A DNA stretch of 64,000 nucleotides. Source: Syntrophales bacterium. Its GTDB lineage: Bacteria > Desulfobacterota > Syntrophia > Syntrophales > UBA2210. The position numbers were made by a program, and so were the translations under genes. Below, one piece after another: positions 59,596-64,000 of this stretch. Location: positions 1,312,001 to 1,376,000 of the forward strand of contig CAXXNF010000001.1 of assembly GCA_963666365.2 (NCBI GenBank). Direction: 5' to 3'. How positions within the stretch are numbered: the first letter of the stretch is position 1; each line of letters starts with the position of its first letter. Under the pieces are notes generated by a model. That model did no database searches. It had not been told where the DNA came from and saw nothing but the letters and a program-made list of their open reading frames with translations.

Positions 59596-61002
59596 TTACA
59601 TCGCCGGCCAACGGTCGTTCCAGGGCCGCACTCTTTCATAGGCCCGCGAGGCCTGGAGCACCAGGTCGTCCCGAAGGCGGGGACCCACGATCTGAAGACC
59701 CGTCGGCATGCCGCTTTCGGTAAAGCCCGCCGGTACGGACGCGGCGGGATGGCCCGACAGATTGAAGGGATAGGTGAAGGCGACTACATCCAATATGTGA
59801 ATCGGCCGGCCGTCGATTTCCGAAGGTGGCGGCCCCCCGGCGGCGAACGCCTCCGTGGGCATTGTCGGCGTCAGAAGCAGATCGAATCTATCGAAAAGAT
59901 TCCACAGCACCTGGTTTTGTTCCGTCCTTATTTTTTGCGCCTCCACCAGGTCCGCCAGCGTCAATTTTCTGGTTTCTTCGAGCGAATATACCAGGGCCCT
60001 TCCCATTTCGGGTCCGTATTTGTCTATGTTTTCGCTCAATGTTCCGTAAATATTGAGGCTGAACAGTTTTGACCAGGCATTTACCACGTTGGGAATTGCC
60101 TCTTCAAGCAGGACCACGGTGTGACCCATCTCTTTAAAAGCGTCTGCCGCCTTCTCCACAGAGGCCATTACATCGTGCTGTACTGTGGCATATCCGAGGG
60201 TTGGGCTGAAGGCGATGGTAAGCCCTTTGGGCAGATTGTCCAGAGTGTCAAGATAGGAGTACTCGGGACGGGGAAGCGAGTCCGGCGCCGCAGGGTGGTA
60301 TCCCGCCACGCAGTCGAGAAGCATCGCCGCATCCTCCACGGTTCGTGTAAGAGGACCCAGGACGGCGATAGGACTCATGTAAAGCATCGGTACAGGGCCC
60401 AGAGGAATTCTGCCTGCCGATGTCTTCAGTCCGTAGCACCCCGTATAGGAAGCGGGGATGCGCACGGAGCCTCCCCCATCGGAGCCGGTGGCAAGAGGCA
60501 CCATGCCGGCCACAACCGCCGCGGCCGATCCGCCGCTTGATCCGCCGGGGGTCTTTTCGAGGTTCCAGGGATTGCGCGTCACTCCAAAAAGGCGGTTTTT
60601 GGTAAAACCGGTTGAACCGAACTCGGGCGTGTTTGTTTTTCCCACCACGATGGCCCCGGCCTCGCGCAGGCGCGCCACCTGCACCGAATCTTCGGTCGCG
60701 ATATTATTCTTAAAGGGAACGGAGCCGAAGCTGGTCACCATTCCCTTTACATCTTCCAGGTCTTTCACTCCCAGGGGAATGCCCGCCAGAGGACCCGGCG
60801 CCCCCTTGCGGGCAATCAAATCGGTAAGGGCCTTCGCTTCATCCATGGCACGATCGGCGTCGAGCGCTACGAAGGCGTTCAGCTTTGGGTTTACCTGCTC
60901 AATCCGTTGCAGCGTATGTTCCATTACTTCCAGGGGGCTTATTTCTTTGGACGCGATGAGCGTGGCCAGTTCCCTTGCGGACCGGTACTGAAATGACTGC
61001 AT
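59596..61002 (-). CDS. Amidase signature family enzyme
   Basis: VKD, GKTNTPE, GGSSGGS and [12 protein letters not shown]. Confidence 0.93.
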   Translation of the reverse strand: MQSFQYRSARELATLIASKEISPLEVMEHTLQRIEQVNPKLNAFVALDADRAMDEAKALTDLIARKGAPGPLAGIPLGVKDLEDVKGMVTSFGSVPFKNNIATEDSVQVARLREAGAIVVGKTNTPEFGSTGFTKNRLFGVTRNPWNLEKTPGGSSGGSAAAVVAGMVPLATGSDGGGSVRIPASYTGCYGLKTSAGRIPLGPVPMLYMSPIAVLGPLTRTVEDAAMLLDCVAGYHPAAPDSLPRPEYSYLDTLDNLPKGLTIAFSPTLGYATVQHDVMASVEKAADAFKEMGHTVVLLEEAIPNVVNAWSKLFSLNIYGTLSENIDKYGPEMGRALVYSLEETRKLTLADLVEAQKIRTEQNQVLWNLFDRFDLLLTPTMPTEAFAAGGPPPSEIDGRPIHILDVVAFTYPFNLSGHPAASVPAGFTESGMPTGLQIVGPRLRDDLVLQASRAYERVRPWNDRWPAM

Positions 61003-61123
61003 GGCGGGATTCCTCCTTTAGTGTAGGCAGGGTATGCCTTTGAAGAAGCAGGGTAATAAAAAATAATCCGTTGGTCAAGTGAATAGGATAGGATGGAAGG
61101 AGATATTGGCAGAAGAGAATGCG

Positions 61124-61741
61124 CTAGGTTGATCCATTGAAATGAGCGGAGTACTCACCGCAGCGGAGTGCGTCGATCAAATCCCGTTCGCTCCGAATCG
61201 GCACGGAAAAAAGGGTGTAGGCCTTTCCTACGGTAAAAAGCCCGTGGGCGTCGGAACCGCCGGTGCCCCTGATTCCCATCTTGTGGGCCGCCTCACGAGC
61301 CCTGCGATTTCCATCGGCCGATACGCTCCCGTTTGCGGCTTCCAGTGCATAGAGTCCCTTGAGATCCAGCACTTTGTCGCCCAGCGATCCGCCGACCATG
61401 TCTTTCTGGTAGGGATGGGCCGGAATCGCAACGCCGCCCCGGGTATGGACCCAGTCAGCAACCCCCTGCATCGGAAGGCCCGAAATCATATCGCTGCGCC
61501 CTACGGGGACGCCGAAAATAAGAAGGTGCCCGTCTGCGGCCCGGTATTCCATGCCGCGAAATATGGGGAATGCCGTGTCTTTCGCAATTTTCTCGAAGGG
61601 AGCGCTGAGTGCATGGTCATGGTGCTCGGTGACGCAGACCGCATCGAGTCCTGCGGCCCGCGCCGCCGGAACGAGCTCTTCCGGATGTATATTAGAGTCG
61701 CCTCCCAGGGCACTGTGAATATGAAGATCAATCTTAAACAC
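61124..61741 (-). CDS. PHP domain protein
   Basis: DLHIHS, TEH, AHP and GGSDAH; GTG start. Confidence 0.88.
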   Translation of the reverse strand: MFKIDLHIHSALGGDSNIHPEELVPAARAAGLDAVCVTEHHDHALSAPFEKIAKDTAFPIFRGMEYRAADGHLLIFGVPVGRSDMISGLPMQGVADWVHTRGGVAIPAHPYQKDMVGGSLGDKVLDLKGLYALEAANGSVSADGNRRAREAAHKMGIRGTGGSDAHGLFTVGKAYTLFSVPIRSERDLIDALRCGEYSAHFNGST

Positions 61742-61753
61742 AAAAACTCCATG

Positions 61754-61784
61754 AAAAAATTCGGGCGGGGTGTGTACCCCGCCC
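61754..61784 (-). terminator. Intrinsic terminator after the CCG Fe-S gene
   Basis: On the minus strand, GGGCGGGG-N6-CCCCGCCC followed by GAATTTTTT. Confidence 0.6.
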
Positions 61785-61832
61785 CTGCTTCTTTCCCTGT
61801 GAACGAGGGGACCCTTTCTACCATATTTTCTA

Positions 61833-62834
61833 TCATGCGGGAAAGGATTTTTCGCCCAGCGCCATCCGGCAGAGATCGGTAATATAAATTTCCTTCAGTC
61901 CCCGCTCCGACGTGGGGCGCCGCAGAATGCGGTGACAGACGGGGCAGAGGGTAATCAGGGCATCGGCCCCGCAGGCGATCGCATCGTCGATGTTTTTCAA
62001 TTGGAACTCTCTGGCGTGTTCCTTGTCGATGCGAACCATCGGCGCGGTGCAGCAGAGGGCGTTTTCCCCTTCATAGGTTCGCTTCGGTCGTTCCGCACCG
62101 ATCAACTCGAATATTTCATCGAGCAGGGCGTCTTTTTCGGGTGTGTAGCGGGATGCACAAGGACGCTGGTAGGCAACCTTTATATTGAGCTTTTTAATGC
62201 GGTCCTGGTGCTCTTTCAGGTAGTCAAGAAGATATTCAAAAATGTGCCTGTAGTTAAAAGGGACCGAAATACCGTAATCCTTTACCTTTTCCTTTACCAT
62301 GGCATAGCAGTCGTCGTGCAGAAACACAATATCCTTCCCGAGCGCTGCGAGGTTGTCGATAAATGACTGGGCGTGGTCCTCAATGGGGCTTTCCATCCCT
62401 CCATGCACATACCCGATAAGGCAGAAATAGTCGCCGCCCTTGACAATGGTCATCCCTTCGAAGAGCGGTCCATCGAGGGCGCCCGGGGGGATCTGACTTT
62501 CCATTACACAGAGGGAAAGGGCCGGTTTGTCCTTATCACCCAAAATGACTTCGGTCGGCAGCTGAAACGCCAGATCATACATGGCGGCGTCCTGTTCGCT
62601 TATCGGAAATGCTTTGAATTTTTCCTGCGCACGGAGAATCAGGTCGTAGGGATCGGCATCAGTGGGGCAGTATTCGCGACAGGCGCAGCAGGTGACGCAT
62701 TGACTCAAGATTTCAGCCTGCTGTCCTTCCATCAGACGCTGAATTTCCTCGACCGCCTTGGCTTTATCGTAATCGACGTATTGACATCTGACCAGGCAGT
62801 CTCCGCAAAAATCACATTTTGACGCATTCCACAT
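61833..62834 (-). CDS. Fe-S oxidoreductase with 4Fe-4S dicluster and CCG-type domain (HdrD/GlpC-like)
   Basis: CDFCGDC..C and CVTCCAC..CP, then YQRPC, LCC and CPVC; AGGAGG RBS before MWNASK. Confidence 0.85.
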   Translation of the reverse strand: MWNASKCDFCGDCLVRCQYVDYDKAKAVEEIQRLMEGQQAEILSQCVTCCACREYCPTDADPYDLILRAQEKFKAFPISEQDAAMYDLAFQLPTEVILGDKDKPALSLCVMESQIPPGALDGPLFEGMTIVKGGDYFCLIGYVHGGMESPIEDHAQSFIDNLAALGKDIVFLHDDCYAMVKEKVKDYGISVPFNYRHIFEYLLDYLKEHQDRIKKLNIKVAYQRPCASRYTPEKDALLDEIFELIGAERPKRTYEGENALCCTAPMVRIDKEHAREFQLKNIDDAIACGADALITLCPVCHRILRRPTSERGLKEIYITDLCRMALGEKSFPA

Positions 62835-62882
62835 GTGGTACCTCCTATTTGGCATTTACTTCGCGTTTGGTTCGAATCTTCG

Positions 62883-63818
62883 TCAGGCAATGAGATCGCC
62901 TAACATTCTTTGTGCGTTTCCTCCTAAAATGGCGTTGATTTCCTCTTTTGTGAAGGTAATTCCCCCGGAGGCCTGTTCCGGAAGCGTCTGAAGGATGTGA
63001 ATAAACTCCTTTACGGGGATTACCGGCTCGAAGACGGGTCCATCGGAGCCGAAAAGAATCTTTTCCACACCTACCTTGTCGATTATTTCGCGTAATTCCC
63101 GGCAGAAAAGAGGAAACGTTCGCTTTGCCATAAGCTGCCATTCGGCGAGGTCACCGTAAAGGCGGGGCTGTAGCGCGGCGAGACCCGCCCATTCGCGCCA
63201 CCAATACTGGCCCATATGCGCGGCGATTACGGTCAGGTCGGGGAAATCGGCGGCTAGAGGGTCGAGAAGCAGGGGGTGGGCATAGGTGCCCCCTTTGCCG
63301 GGCGGTATGATGGGACCCGTGTGAATCAGAACGATGCCGCCGGCCTCCTGAACGATTTCGTAGAGACGGTAGGCGTCCTCTCCATTCGGATAGTAGCCGA
63401 GGTCGGGGTGAAGTTTGAGCCCCTTCAATCCGTACTCGTCAAAGCAGCGCCGAAGCAGATCGGGCGCTTCCGGACGCCGCGGGTCAACGCCTGCAAGTCC
63501 GATGAACCGGTCCGGATGATGTTTTACGATGGCGCCGGTCTGTTCGTTGATTTCACGGGCTACTTCCAGGGTGGCGGCCTTGATGGATGAGTTATCCATC
63601 GCACAGAAGACAGTAATATCGATACCGGCACTGTCCATAACCCTGAGCAGGTGATCGCCGTTAGGACTGGCAAACTCTTTCTGCGCCCGCTCAACAAGTT
63701 CCTCAAAATCGAGATTCATGCCGAGCTTCTTGCCCGTTTCGTAGGTCCATTTCGCAACGACTCTTGCGGTGCCTTTGCCGAGGCGGTGCATCATATGATA
63801 GTGCGTATCGATTATCAT
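62883..63818 (-). CDS. Amidohydrolase_2 family metal-dependent hydrolase/decarboxylase
   Basis: IDTHYH, GLKLHP, HTG, AHMG and FGSDGP. Confidence 0.9.
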   Translation of the reverse strand: MIIDTHYHMMHRLGKGTARVVAKWTYETGKKLGMNLDFEELVERAQKEFASPNGDHLLRVMDSAGIDITVFCAMDNSSIKAATLEVAREINEQTGAIVKHHPDRFIGLAGVDPRRPEAPDLLRRCFDEYGLKGLKLHPDLGYYPNGEDAYRLYEIVQEAGGIVLIHTGPIIPPGKGGTYAHPLLLDPLAADFPDLTVIAAHMGQYWWREWAGLAALQPRLYGDLAEWQLMAKRTFPLFCRELREIIDKVGVEKILFGSDGPVFEPVIPVKEFIHILQTLPEQASGGITFTKEEINAILGGNAQRMLGDLIA

Positions 63819-63932
63819 CGAGACTGTCCCCCCTTTATTCTTTTTTGAAAAAGCCCTTGCGTGTGACGCCTATGGTACGAACCCCGGTGGTGAAAGTCAA
63901 GCGGCAAGAACTGACAATCAAAAATTGGCACA

Positions 63933-63961
63933 TTGACAGAGGGGCTTTCATTCACTATACT
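63933..63961 (+). promoter_or_regulatory. Sigma-70 promoter for a gene beyond the window
   Basis: TTGACA-N17-TATACT. Confidence 0.65.
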
Positions 63962-64000
63962 TTTTTCGAAACTCGCCGTTCTTCACGGCTAGTTCATCTT

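Overview
A gene-dense chromosomal window of moderate GC content. It is probably from an anaerobic deltaproteobacterium-type organism (Desulfobacterota/Syntrophales-like; inferred from gene content only) and probably lies near the replication origin, given rsmG at the left edge and a perfect parS palindrome at 10516-10531. The left part holds RNA methyltransferases, an LPS operon resembling kdnB-kdnA-hldD-kdsB (8-amino-Kdo), two HtrA/DegP paralogues sharing a 570 bp identical tract, and a ZraSR-like sigma-54 two-component system divergent from degP with a consensus -24/-12 promoter. The middle and right parts are rich in anaerobic CoA-ester and redox genes: two tandem, motif-altered 4-hydroxybutyryl-CoA dehydratase-family genes plus a truncated third homologue, an OYE flavin/Fe-S reductase, ModABC, a CooC-like ATPase with an Fe-S partner, a double LIV-type ABC operon with a tandem TetR and an acyl-CoA ligase, and a four-gene class I benzoyl-CoA-reductase/2-hydroxyacyl-CoA-dehydratase-like module with two different activator ATPases. 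The ORF track misses two features: a YeeE/YedE membrane protein with an in-frame TGA at the conserved Cys followed by a SECIS-like hairpin (likely selenoprotein, 24323-24841), and a 33-aa Lys-rich small protein (49259-49360). I saw no tRNA, rRNA, CRISPR array, transposase, integrase or reverse transcriptase. All calls come from motif recognition by eye, not database searches.
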